NCBI RefSeq assembly: GCF_000315625.1
Contig: NW_005434656.1
Coordinates: 820,645 to 884,644, forward strand
Reading direction: 5' to 3'
Source: Guillardia theta CCMP2712
Taxonomy: Eukaryota > Protista > Cryptophyta
Length of the DNA stretch: 64,000 bases
Shown: positions 25,201 through 36,788 of the stretch, one piece after another
Layout of the letters: each line of letters begins with the position of its first letter
How positions within the stretch are numbered: the first letter of the stretch is position 1
Made by a program: the position numbers and the translations under genes
Notes under the pieces: generated by a model
Database searches by the model: none
The model's input: only the letters and a program-made list of their open reading frames with translations
What the model was told of the DNA's origin: nothing

Positions 25201-28200
25201 GGAGCGCGAAGTTGTCAAAGTGCGAAACAGACTTGTACAAGGTCACGTTGACGAACCACTCGTCCCGTGAGGCGTAAAACTTCAGCCCCGTGCTATCCTC
25301 CAGCACGCTCTGAGCTCCACGCGTCTTTGCCCAGAAGGATAGGTTCCCGAGGGGCGTCGGGCAAGTCAGCTGGTCTGCTCGAGGGCCGACGGAGGCCTCC
25401 GACCAGGACGAGAAGCTCTGGGAGGAGAAGACGCAGACGTAAGATTCTCTGACGTCAAACCCGCCTCCAGCGAAAGAGAGCGTCGTGTTCCCTCCTGCTG
25501 GCCCCCTGCCCTCCCCCTCGAAGCTGCTGATGGCCTCTAGAAAGTCGAAGGTGACCATATGCTTGGCGTCCACCAGGTTCACAAACGAAGTGGAGCAGCT
25601 AGGGTACAGGCAGACAGAGCAGTTGGACTGGAAGCACCGGGTGCCGTCGGGGTTGCCCGTCTCGAAATCGACCTGAGAACCGTTGAAGGTCCAGGGAACC
25701 CTCGAGCCATCCCGCCTCATCAGGGTCAGGTTGGAAGTCGCCGCGCGGAAGAGCCAGACCGGCGACTTGCAGCTGAGGGTCTGGTCGGAGAGGACGAGAA
25801 CTTCGCTGGTGCTCCACATGTCAGGGCTGCTGTAGAAGAGGCAGTAGAAGCCCATCAAGTAGTCCGTGCGGTTGTCATGGGTGAACCCGAAGCCCTGGAG
25901 CTCGAGGTCGACGGGAAGGAAAGCGTAAGACGAGGTGCTGCCGCTGAAGTTGGTGATCGCTGCTGAGATCCGGAAGGAACGGGTGGAGAAGCCCCTCTCG
26001 AGCTGGGCGAAGCCGACGGTGCCCATGGTGTCCTCGTTGTAGATGACAAGCTCCGTCAAAGTCTCGGAGAAGTTCCAGGCCGGGACGACGCAAAGGAGGG
26101 GCTGGGAGGAGGTCAAGTGGTATTGAGACGTGGCGAAGCTCTTGATCGGCTGAGACCTCTGGGTCACCTGGTCGAGGTAGACGGACTTGAACTGGCAGCT
26201 ATACCAGTCCCCCTCCACCATCTCGTTGGTGTAATGGATGGCCCCGGCGAGGAAACGAGGGTCGTTGTCAGGGACGAGGAGGGAGACTAGGTGGACAGGG
26301 TAAGAGCTCTCGATGTTGCCGAACGTGAGGGTCCCGCTCGTCAGCTCGACAAACGCGTCCGAGAACTTGGGGCACTGGCCGCGTTTGCACTCACTGTCGT
26401 ACGACAGGATGTCAGCGTACAGGATCTCCCCTTGGCAGAGCACGAGGAACTGTCGCTCCTCGTTGGCGGCGATGGGGAACGGGTCGACAGAGAGGAGCGG
26501 CGAGTCTTGGCTGACGTTTGTGGCAGCGTCCGATATCGACCTCCAGCAGACGGAACAGTTGCTCTCGCTCTCCAGGAAGTTCATAGCGTCGCTGCAGGCA
26601 CAAGGTTCCAGCACGAAGGGGACGCAACTCACCTCTAGTCCAGCTGGGGTCCTCATCTCAATGGCCGTGAAGTTCACCGGGTGCTGAGCCCTCAGCTTAA
26701 AGGTGATCCCCGCAAATTGCGAGCTGGGAATCGGGTTGGCCGTGCTGGGGCTGGCGGAGCGAAAGTTCGTCTCGTTGGCCTGCCCGAACCCTGGGATGCT
26801 GGCGGGCCGGGAGAGGTAGGTGTTGTTGAGGCCCGAGGCCAGGAGCTGCATGAGCTCACCCCCTCTGACCGAGGCCTGAGTGAAAGAGAGGTACTCGAAG
26901 GAGGGGAGCACCGCAATGTGGTAGAGCGCGCGAGAGAAGACGAGGACGTTCACGACAGAGGCTGCGGGGTAGGAAGCGAGGACCGAGTTGAGGTAGCCCC
27001 GCTGCACGACGAACGTCCCATCCCCGTTCACCCTCTGCACCTGCAGGAGCTCCTTGTCCAACAACAGCATCCTCCCCACAAAGAGATACTGGTCCATCCT
27101 GGCGTCCGGGCTGATCTTGATCGCACTGTCCAGCACGGAGAGGTCACTCTGGAGCGTGAAGGTGACGTTGAGTTTCAGGAAGAAGCTCACTCCCTCTGCC
27201 GGGACCTCCCACAGCCCCTTAGTGTTGCACTCCATCCATGAAAAGTTGCCGGGCCGTCCCTGGACCTCTTGCGTGCGGACTGAGACGCGGCCAGGGCTCA
27301 CTGGAGTCAGGAAGTGCCCCAGGTACTCGCCAAGGAATCCGAACCCGAAGATGGGCAGGAGGAGGCCGGAGAGAGGAGCGTTTGTTTCGGGGAGCGACAC
27401 GACCTCTGCCATGAACTTCACAAGAGGGTCGACAAGGGGACTTGCGAGCTGAAAACCGTCGGAGACGATCTCGAGAAAGACATCGTCCTCGTAGAAGGGC
27501 CAGGCTGACGTCTCCACCTCGAGGCTCTGGCATGAGGCCACGAGCACCAGCGGGCTAGGGGAGGAGAGTGAGGAGTTGGTGCGGCTCCTGAAACGAGCCA
27601 CGTACTGCATCCTGCTGTTGAAGCCTACCCCCTCCACCACAAACGAGGACCCGCCTCCTGCCGGCATCCAGTACCCTCCTGTCCAAGGGAAGATAAGGTT
27701 TAGCCCGTAATCTTGAGAGGGAATGTTCATGGAGGTCCAGGTAGCGATGTAGCGGAACTGGAGGATGGGATGAAGTCCAGGGTGAGCCAGGGACCCACCC
27801 TTCTCCTGATCCACGAGAGCGCAGGACAGCGAGGGGTCACAGGCATACAGCTGCACCTGAACAAGTCCCTCCATTCCCGAGTAGGGCGGAACTTGTATGA
27901 GAATCTGGTCGACTGTTCCCCAGATGGAGGAGGAGGAGTGAGCGGCAGAGACGGCCCGAGCCACGGATCCGTCGCAATTGACCCCCTCGAGATGTGCGTA
28001 GTATCGAGCAGAGGAGTCGAAGCCAGCAAGTGAGAATCGGATCCACCCGTCTGCGGTGGAGGAGCTGCCGTCGGACAGGACGACGCCCGTCTGGATCGTC
28101 TCGAACCACCATGAGGACAGAAAGTTCACGACCCTCGCTCCTTGGATGCCATCGAACCGCACGAGCTCGTCCTGCTGCGCTCCTCCTCGCATCCTTGACA

Positions 28201-31200
28201 CCGTGACGTACGCGGAGCCAGGGTCTCCTTGCCAGAAGGGAACGACACAGAGCAGCATCTTGCGAGTTATAAAGACTGCGTTATCGATCGACCTCTGGGT
28301 GTACGACCCTGAGGAGGAAGTGAAATGGCACTGGTAGGTGGCAGAAGGGTCGAAGCCCCTGCCATTGACATAGACGAACGTCCCGCCGGAGGCGTGGAGG
28401 TCGCATGCCGTCACTTGCAGAGTTTCGTCGCACGTGATGCCGGTCCAGACCTCTGAGATGTTGAAGCTGTCGATGCTTGTGGTCCCCCAGGTGACTTGCT
28501 GATCGTTCTCTACCAGCTGCACCTTGTAAGTCGACGAGATGTAGTCCGGGATGGGCGAGAAGGAGCACTTGACTTGCTCGGGGCTAACGACGACGATGCT
28601 GGAAGTGGAGAAGAGGTCCTGGCCGTTGATCATGCGACAGAGCTGCGCGCCTGTCGAGATCCCCAGCCCTTGAATGAAGAACTCCAGACGGCCCTGCCAG
28701 ACATCCAACGTGACGTTGGACACGCTCGTCACCACAGGATACAGCTGCACATTCAGGTCGGAGGCACCAACGGCCGAGCCCGAGCTGTTGAGGGCAGGGA
28801 TGACCTCGTCGTTGTGAACGAGCTCTACACGAAATGTGTCCGCAGCGAACTGACACCTTGGAACAACGATGTAAGCTCTGCCTGTGATGGGCGATAGCTG
28901 GACGGGGGAAGTGAAGACAACCCCGCCAGAACTCAGCATACGGAAGCGGCAGACATAGCTCTCGTTCTGCAGCAGCCCGTAGGTAATGAGATGAAGTACC
29001 TTGTCTCCCAGGCAAGGGAGACTATCTCTGCTGCAGTTGAGCAAGTTGGTAGGGTTGGAACAAGAGTCGAACCCGGACCAAGTGGCGTTGTACCTCATCT
29101 GCAGTGTCCTCGTGGCATACCCCGACTGGAGTGTCACGCGGACAGCAGCCAGCGGAGACAAGACGGTGCTATTCCTTACAGGAGCTTCGCACGAGATTGC
29201 CGTCGTTGACAAGAAGCTGGCAGGCGTGCGCAGGTGCTCTGACTCGATGTCGAACGCGCATGACATGTTGGCGGATGTTGATGGCAGAAACCCGGACCCC
29301 CTGACAGTGATGGTGCTAGAGCCGCTGAAGGCAAGAACGGTCGGAGGCACGACCCTCCTGATCTGAGGGAGAAAGCTGAGAGTCGTTTCATAAGAGGCGT
29401 AAGAGACGGGGGTCAGGCTGTTGGCCTCCAGCAGCAGCAGCTGGGCTGGACCTTCATATGGCCAGATCGGAGCATAACAGCGGAGCTGCTGATTAAACTG
29501 CGGTGCGACACGGGCAGCGCAGCTCAAGTCCTTGCAGGGAGCGAGGCAAAGCTGGTCAGTCCGATAGGAGGAGGCGCAGGCATCGGTATAGACAAAGTTG
29601 GTCGTGTTCTGAGGATCGACGAACTTACAGATGTACGAGTTCACGTTGCACAGATAGTCGTTGGAGGCAAAACAAAAGTTGTCTCCATTCACCGTGATGG
29701 TCCCTCCATCCGCTGGCACCAGACCTGGCCCAATTGTCGAGATTCCTGCCTGAGTGAAACGGATGGTCGGCTTGGGGCCCTGGGATATGCTGTAGCTGCC
29801 GCCGCGAACGATGTCAAGGACAGTGTCGTGGGAAGCCTGTGAAGATGGGAAGAAGATCCAAACGGGAGTGACGCACTCTAGGAAGGAGCTGTTGATTACT
29901 TGAGCGTTCGGCGAGTCTGCCTGCATCGTGCTGGACGTCTTGGAGGTGAAACGACACCTGTAGGGCAGGGCGGGATCGGTGGAGAAACCCTGGCCGTGTA
30001 CATGGATGACAGCACCTCCACGAGCAAAGGAGAAGAAGAGGAGCTCTTGATTGAAAGAGTTCAACGTCGATGTGGCGTAGAACCAGACGCTGAGAAACTC
30101 GAACCTCAACTGACCGCTGCCGCCCCAGTCCACCCTGCTTCTGTTCTCCCGTGCAAGGGTGAAGTTGCAGATCACTTGAGCCGGTACACTGCTGGCGTTG
30201 CAAGTGATCTCGTTCTTGCTGATCCTCTTGGTTGGGGTGTCGTAAATGGCAGAACTCGGACAGCTCCACAGACATACGAAGGAGGGCAGAAACGCGCTCC
30301 CAAGGACCTGCAGCGATTCGCCGCCAAGGAAAGGAGCAATTGCTGGCGTGAAGGTAAGGAAATATGCCAACACCGAGACAACTCTGTCCTGCCCGTACCA
30401 ACCAACAACTGACCCGTTCACCAGCAGCATTGCACTCGTTTCACATTCCACAGAGTCCCACGGCTTCATCGGACAACGCAATTCTGTATTGGACTGAAGG
30501 GAACAAGGAACCTTGTACAGATATTCAGCATCATCTTGACACTGGAGTATCAACTCGAACTTCGCGCCCGCTGGAGGGTTGAGCCCCTCGCCACCGATTG
30601 TCAAGGTATCAGACCCAGCTGAGCTGACCTTGGATGGAGAAATCGAGTTCCATCCAGATCGGAGATATTCAAAAGAATAATTACAATATGAGATTGCAGC
30701 TTGGTTGTACGTTGCCCGTAGAATCCCGACTCCAGATGCGAATGGGACAGTAGGCGACTGACACGTCACAGATGTATGATCCAAGAAAGAGGCTGTGACA
30801 TTGATTTGGAAATCTTGAATCGAGAAAGAGCATTTTACGGTCGTATCAAACCTATGCCCATGTAAAGTGATGGTTGACCCTCCGATTGCGAGGCTTTTGC
30901 TGGGCTCAACAGACGTGCAGAAAGATTGGTAGATAAAGAATAAAGGCTTTAGAGACATGACATTGATGTCTCCATTCTTAAGTGAAACTTGAGTGGAGCA
31001 ATAGCTGGTCTCCCATGGAGGAAGCTTGAACGCAAGGGCGGAAGGGTTGACAAAGGTCCCGTACTCTGATGCTATCTCTGTACTTTGGCTTGAGCATATG
31101 AATGTACATCGATACCGCCCAGAGACCGAGAATCCAGCGCCGTGTACGGTGATCATGTCAGATACGTCGGTAACTTCAACAGGGGACAACTCTTTGACAC

Positions 31201-32101
31201 TCTCTGTTGCAATTAGCATGTCAGAACCATAGTAGAGGTTGGTGTGGAAACAAGAAAAAATCAAGCTCACCATAGAAGAGGATTTCAAACACTCCCCCGC
31301 GCTTGTAAAGGAGGTCCTGTCCGATCAAAACGTCGAGAACGACAACTTCTGCTGAATGATTCCAGAAAGGAGCTTGGCAAACCATGCTGTTGAGTGTTAT
31401 GTTGCGAGCGGGCTTCTGGATAGAAACATCTGCTCCAGTAAATCTACAGAGAAGTCAAGTCGAGACAAGACGTGCATGGGTATGGTTTACTTGCAGGAGT
31501 ATTGCTGTTGCGGATTGAAACCAAACCCATGTACCAACAGATCGCTTTCAGAAGCAGCAGCTACCTCCTTGTCATCAGCCTTGGTCCATCCACCTGCGTG
31601 CAAGACTTAGTAAATCAAGTGATGCCAAACATGTCAGACATGGCACACCAGAAAAATTAAACTGCAAGAGTGTGCTGTTACTAGCAACTTTCATTGGTCC
31701 CTCGTACAGAAGAAATGCTGTGTTGTATGCCGGAAAATTCCACTGGGTCACCGTGCACAGTATTTTGCTCGTACTCGAGATGTCGGCGGGTACAGTCAAG
31801 TGACAATTATTAGATTCCAAGGAAGCTTTCCACAAGTAGTCAACAGCTGTAGTGTAGTTGCAAACGAAAGCGCAGGAATACTCATATCTGTCGTTGAACC
31901 CTCTCCCTGTCACTGTGACTTGCACTGACTGGTCGGCGGGACTTGTCTGCGGAGATATAGAGTAGACCATTCCTGCATTGAACGATGAGGGGAGGGAAGA
32001 CAAGAATAGAATCAAAGTAGCTACTGACCTCGGGCTGACATAAAGGACGTGAAGAACAGGAGACTTGCAAGGACGAGGCTGCGGTTAGAATTTTGCTTCA
32101 T
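2583..32101 (-). CDS. Giant secreted multidomain adhesin-like protein (~9,000-9,500 aa): IPT/TIG array, cadherin-like repeats, LamG, EAR/EPTP, beta-propellers
   Basis: ATG at 32101 begins MKQNSNRSLVLASLLFFTSFMSAR|G (signal peptide; intron 31973-32028). The ORFs 31575-32015, 22547-31288, 13942-22497, 11127-14036, 10724-11107, 10353-10655, 7322-10345, 5473-7275, 3851-5329 and 2583-3860 lie on one strand and are joined by GT-AG introns (e.g. 13927-14038 LEIR|ILPVNNRPSF), N gaps and one apparent frameshift near 3945. Stop at 2583. Confidence 0.85.
3990..5560 (-). other. Second short cadherin-like repeat block (about 4 repeats)
   Basis: INFPPTF, LSDNGGESMGG, PVNRPPSF, LVDDGGRENGG. Confidence 0.75.
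6110..9150 (-). other. EAR/EPTP-like repeats flanking a lactonase-type 7-bladed propeller segment (about 7700-8220)
   Basis: HLLVANQDDG, YLAFA, LLLAVANFWDG, YLIVANFY, SVLYKWN..F..FQ (EAR-like); HLAFSPDSHFLYVAS, VTPDGRRLIAASGVDNAIVVFDRNESSG (lactonase-like). Confidence 0.7.
7195..7270. repeat. (CAT)n microsatellite inside an intron of the giant gene
   Basis: Direct tandem atc repeats; the poly-D/poly-H ORFs here are intronic artefacts. Confidence 0.85.
9700..10460 (-). other. LamG / concanavalin A-like domain in the giant protein
   Basis: ALQFDG...ITVAMWV...WYFLSGSYDG..LSLDG...LTIG...GAMKEVFMFDKSLS. Confidence 0.75.
11530..18660 (-). other. Array of about 16 bacterial-type cadherin-like/Ig-like repeats
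   Basis: Repeated (P/Y)VN(D/N)xPxF ... IS.GP.NE..Q.LTF ... G.L.F ... L.D(D/N)GG..xGG consensus. Confidence 0.8.
18660..31972 (-). other. IPT/TIG domain array of the giant protein (about 35-40 domains, estimated from length)
   Basis: Recurrent SxSPxxG...GG..(I/V)xVxGxGF....YxCxF....LxCx(T/S)P.W pattern. Confidence 0.8.
19667..23651 (-). repeat. Coding tandem repeat with a 918-bp (306-aa, three IPT domain) unit; at least 4 near-identical copies, interrupted by 3 assembly gaps
   Basis: Identical shadow ORFs at 19667-20020 and 20585-20938 are offset by 918. The peptide QGWDSLVGSESGCVTGPASG recurs. N runs at 21281-21380, 22265-22364 and 22571-22786. Confidence 0.92.
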
Positions 32102-35100
32102 GGCTAGAGGGGAGAGAAGTATGCTTGTATAGACGAGATGAGAGTTCTTGTTGCTATGTACAGACTAGGAGATCGAAACTGTCAGGAAGCGAGAGTCGGT
32201 GAGTCGCTGGTCGCAGAGGGAAGGATCTATCGGACTGCAGACAGTTCGAAAGCAGGAGAGACAACAGCTGGGCAGCGCGGGCAGGAGCGAGAGAGCATGG
32301 TGAAGTGAAAGCAGAAGCAGGAAAGGGATTAGCGATCTAGGCAGCGGCCTGCAGCGCCCCCCCCATATGCTCCGCCATGGCGCCTGCACCGAACAGCCGA
32401 CTGTGTGAAACCCTGTGAAACGTCAAAGCCCTCATCCCTCCATTGACCTGAACTAGTCACTCCGAGTCGGAGTCACAATTCCGGGCCGGGGCCGGGAGTC
32501 ACCCCGGGCCGGAGTCCCGGGCCCCCGGACGGCGGTTGACTCCGCCTCCGCAGGGGATGATGCGTTGCACTTTCGTCCTTTGCTGCCATCATCGCCGCCT
32601 CCGCTGCCGGGCGACTCGAGCGACTCAGGCCTCCTGCGGCCAAACAGTCACATATGCAGTGCGGCATCATGGCAGCGCAGCCTCCGAGCGCAGTCACCGC
32701 GGCGGCCACATACGAAGATCAATCAAACAAATTGTGGCCACCGTGGCATGGGCCACCGTGACTCAGTGCCCCAGGGCGACTCGGACTCCGTCGGAGAGAG
32801 CCTGATTGAAGACAAAAACTGTCTTGTTACAACTATACTGCTGATAACGGTCGCCGGATATGTCGATATGGACGGTGTCTGCACTGCGCGGCACTGGCTG
32901 TTTCAACTCTCAAACACAGTACAAGTCTAACAAACTTGTGCTCCGTCGGTTATGAGCCTCGTTTACATGATCGTTTTTCTGTGGGTATTGTTTCGCCAGG
33001 CAGAACGTTTCCCAACATGGCCCTGAAGATCATCATGTAGGGGACTTTGAACTTCCACAACTGACTCAGTGATGGCTACTGGCGGCGGATGGCATGGGTT
33101 AATCCTGGACTTCAGCATGGCCACATGTTTTTGACAATGAATACCGGACCTCGCTCGGAGCAACTTGTGACTGCAAGCGGCAGCACAGCGGAAGATCCGA
33201 GGGCCGGGCCGCATCGTAATGCATATGCTCAGCACGTCCCGCCAAAGGCCTTTCTTCCGAGCCCATCATCGCCAGCACTGATGGCCTCTTGCAGGACGAT
33301 GATGCGTTGCGCTTTCTGTGGTGGCTGGCGGATCATCGGCGCTCGGCGAACAAGGAAACGGCAGCGCTGGATGGTCTCTCGGCCTCGCAAGACGTCTCAG
33401 GTGATCCGACTTGCAAACGCATCCGGGTCACCGGGTCCAGGATCTTTAACGGTCAGCTCAAGGCCTCCCTGTCCTCCGATCAGTGCGACATCGCTGGCAT
33501 GCGGCCGCGCGGGGGACTTGTCCTGCGCGCCGTTTAGTGAAGGTATCAGTTAAGTTTGGGGGACAGCAGTTGGCAGGATTGGGTTTGGTTCTCGCTGTCT
33601 CAGTTTGCTCTTCTCGCCGTTTGGCCTGTGCGACAGTGTCAGGGTCAAGCCTCCTCGACTCTCCTGATTGTCCTCGTACTGATTTTTAACTTAACTTTGA
33701 GTAAAGTTTCGCCATCACTCAGCCCCGGGCCCCCGGCCGCGGCGTTCGGACTCACCGGGCCGGGGCCCGGCCCCCGTCCGCCGCCGCACATCAGAGGCCC
33801 GGGCTGAGTGATTCAATGACTCGATGACTAGACGTTGATAAGATAACGGTTTGAATCGCTTTCTACTATTTCCGTTGCAGGCCGTTTGGATAGGATGGGC
33901 AATGGGCATTTCGGAAAATTAAACCCCCCCCCAAGCGACTACCCACCCACCCACCCCCCCCCCCCCCACCCCCCCCCCCACCCCCTCCCCCCCTTTTCCT
34001 GTCCCGGCCACCCTTTGCTTCGAGTTGAACCCCCTCGACACAATCGGAATGTCAACCAATCACAAGGGGTCCATTATTGATGATCTAGCAGCGGATATAG
34101 TTAACAGTTTGGGAAAGGGAGGGTGGGGGTTCGCAATGGCAGCATGAAGTACTAACTTAGTGAATCGAGGGGGTGGTGGTGGTCTGAAAGTTGATAATGG
34201 GGTGGGTGGACTGGTTCTCAGTGTTTGGGTCGGATAACGACAAATACAACCACCGTATCTAAAACAGACTTATTGTTGAACCAGGTGGGGGTAGTAACCC
34301 CTACCCTCTTAAACGAAGGTGTCAAGACCCGGTTGGTGGCCACCCCGCAAAGGATCTCACCATCAAGTGATGCCTGAACAAATTGTCAGCCTCGCCGTGA
34401 TCGGTGGAGGGTGGGGTGGGTGAAACTCCTGGAAGGGACAAGTGAAAATATTCCCATCTACGGAATCGGAAAGAACCCCTATACCCGCAATTTGCATGAT
34501 TTAGAAAGCTGAACTACATAGGTGGGTGGTCATGATTCTGAAAAAGCCGAAATATTCCTTGATTCCCTAAAGCGGATTCGCAATTGGGTGATTTGAGGGT
34601 ACTAATTCTGTCGAGGGGGTACACAGTCATGGTCAATTTCACTACCCCCCTCATTCCGACAATATACGGGGTGCTAGGAGAACCTGGTCGAACTTCAGTT
34701 TGGAAGTTGGGGTACTATCTCCAAGGGTGGGGTGATCGAAACGTGGGGGTCATGTCAGTCGTAGGGGGTAGGGGTAGTAAGGAGCGTTGGAAGAGGGGGA
34801 ACAAGCAGTTGCAAACAGACAACCTGAAGGAGAGGAAGGAGGAAGAGAGAAAGATCGAGTTGAAGAAGCAGAGCAAGTAGTTGTTGTAGTAGCAGCAGCA
34901 AGCAGAGGAAGGAGCTGAACTCATCGTTAGTTGGTCGTTGTAGTGCGAGATATTGGGAAGCGAGCGGAACAACCAGCTGCGCAAGGTTAGATTATTACCC
35001 CTGCAGTCAACTACCTGTTCAATCAAGGGCATCAGGTATTCAATCACTTCTTCTCGATCAGGGCGTAAGGTGGAAGGCTTCAGTGATATGATGTATGCTA

Positions 35101-35198
35101 CTTTGTACTAGACATCGTTCCAGTACTCCATAAGCTTTCAGATCCAAGTGCATTTAACTCCTCGAGTCACTCGAGGCTCAACCGACATAAACTACAAG

Positions 35199-36332
35199 AT
35201 GGAAGCGCTTTCTCTTTCAGTCTCGCCACTGTCCCGCATTGCTTCGGCAGATGGCCACATCTCATCCCGACCTGAAATGCCTGCCGAAAGACTGGATTTG
35301 AGCGATCATGACTTGGAGGATTGGGAAGACAACATCCTTTCGGACGACTCCGATACCTCTCTGCTTCCCAAGTTCGCCGATTCTTTCAGAAGAAAGCTCG
35401 GCACATACACTTGCAGGGCCAACACCCCAAAGCTGTGGACAGCAAAGACCCAGCTTGATTTCCAGCATCAGGACGTTGAATCCGGTGTGCAGGAGTCGAG
35501 CGCGCGCTTCTCCGAGACATCGCCGACTGAGATGAGCTGTCGGTCTACTCCAAGGAAGGACGACAGCGAGCTCGACCCCCTCATCAAGCAGTGCGCCTCA
35601 ATACCCACCCTGGATGAAGTGTTGGAGGAGGAGGAGTTGGAACTCCTACGGGAGCAGCAGGAAATGATGAACAAGGAGGTTCAGATCATGGCTGAACTTC
35701 AGCTGGCTCAGGAGAGGCAGGAGGAGCATCGCAGGAGGATGGAGGAGGAGCAGATGGCCTTGATGCGTGCGGAGCAAGTCGCCATGATCAACTTCCTGAA
35801 GCTTCAGACCGTGAAGGGCAAAGCGCAGAACGCTCGGCCGACCACTGCTCCTGCCAAGTCCCGGACTGTGGTGCAGGTGGACCAGGGGAAGGCAGGGGAT
35901 AGCCAACTACATCCAGGGCATCGCACAGGCCCCGTGGAGGAGCAGAAGGTTACTCAGAACCGTCCTCAGACCGCGATGGCAAGAAGACCTGACACCTCGC
36001 ACAACGAGCACCTCCCAGTCACTGGCAGGGTGAGGCCCCAGACTGCTGGGGTCAGACCGCAAACTGCTCTCGTGACGACCGAGCATGCTGAGAGCAGTCC
36101 GCAGCAGCCGGAATTGGCGAAGAAGGAGCTGGCGAGGAGGAGGCCGTATACGGCCGGAGCCTCGAGAGACCAGTCCAAGACGCGCTCGACTTTTAGCCTG
36201 CTCAACCCGTTTCGCGCGCTGAAGAGGAAATTTTCCATTCACCCCATGTGGGCCAGGCCCAGGGCGGGAGTGAGAATCAACTGGTGGAGCAGATCTCGTC
36301 ATCTTTCAGATCATCCGCCAAGTACGATGTGA
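35199..36332 (+). CDS. Intronless uncharacterised coiled-coil protein with RPxT(A/S) repeats
   Basis: Long ORF from ATG 35199. E/Q/M-rich coiled coil followed by RPTTA, RPQTA (x3), RPDTS and RPYTA. Confidence 0.65.
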   Translation: MEALSLSVSPLSRIASADGHISSRPEMPAERLDLSDHDLEDWEDNILSDDSDTSLLPKFADSFRRKLGTYTCRANTPKLWTAKTQLDFQHQDVESGVQESSARFSETSPTEMSCRSTPRKDDSELDPLIKQCASIPTLDEVLEEEELELLREQQEMMNKEVQIMAELQLAQERQEEHRRRMEEEQMALMRAEQVAMINFLKLQTVKGKAQNARPTTAPAKSRTVVQVDQGKAGDSQLHPGHRTGPVEEQKVTQNRPQTAMARRPDTSHNEHLPVTGRVRPQTAGVRPQTALVTTEHAESSPQQPELAKKELARRRPYTAGASRDQSKTRSTFSLLNPFRALKRKFSIHPMWARPRAGVRINWWSRSRHLSDHPPSTM

Positions 36333-36420
36333 GATAGTTTTCCATGTGGAACAGCCACATGTGTTTATTTCTGTTTTTCATTCAAAGTTTACATTAGGCA
36401 AGGTTTATGTAGGGAAAATT

Positions 36421-36504
36421 GCGAATGAATGTGATATTGGAATCTTGTTGCGAATGAATGTGATATTGCAATCTTGTTGCGAATGAATGTGATATTGCAA
36501 TCTT
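36421..36504. repeat. 29-bp tandem repeat, about 3 copies
   Basis: gcgaatgaatgtgatattg(g/c)aatcttgtt repeated. Confidence 0.85.
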
Positions 36505-36788
36505 GGACTGGCACCCGGCCTTTCACAGGAGGTGAAGCTTGCTCTGCTTGCTCGTAAGGCAGATCTGAACAGAAGCAAAAGTTTCACCTGCACGGCTTTA
36601 ATCTCGTTCCTCTCCAGGCTCTGACCGGGGACCGAGACGACCTTCCAGTGTGTCAGTCGAAGTGATGGTGATGGTGATGGTGATGGTTATGATGGTAATG
36701 TTTGTGTGGTTGTTGTTGTTGATGATGGTGGTGGTGATGATGATGTAGAAGAAGATGATGATGGAGTTGTTGAAGATGTCCACAGGGC

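Noticed and set aside
2448-30600. Many plus-strand and alternate-frame ORFs overlapping the giant gene
   Set aside because: Shadow ORFs caused by high GC3 codon usage.
2583-32101. Bacterial contamination as the source of the giant ORFs
   Set aside because: Spliceosomal introns with the same style as neighbouring genes occur throughout.
32165-32389. ORF with a hydrophobic stretch resembling the giant gene's signal peptide
   Set aside because: It has no in-frame ATG. A better ATG-SP exon at 32029-32101 splices directly in frame.
33089-33553. Possible small spliced gene (also exon-like pieces at 55990-56680)
   Set aside because: No recognisable motif or reliable gene model.
36421-36504. 29-bp repeat as a possible CRISPR array
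   Set aside because: Head-to-tail copies with no spacers, no cas genes, eukaryotic context.
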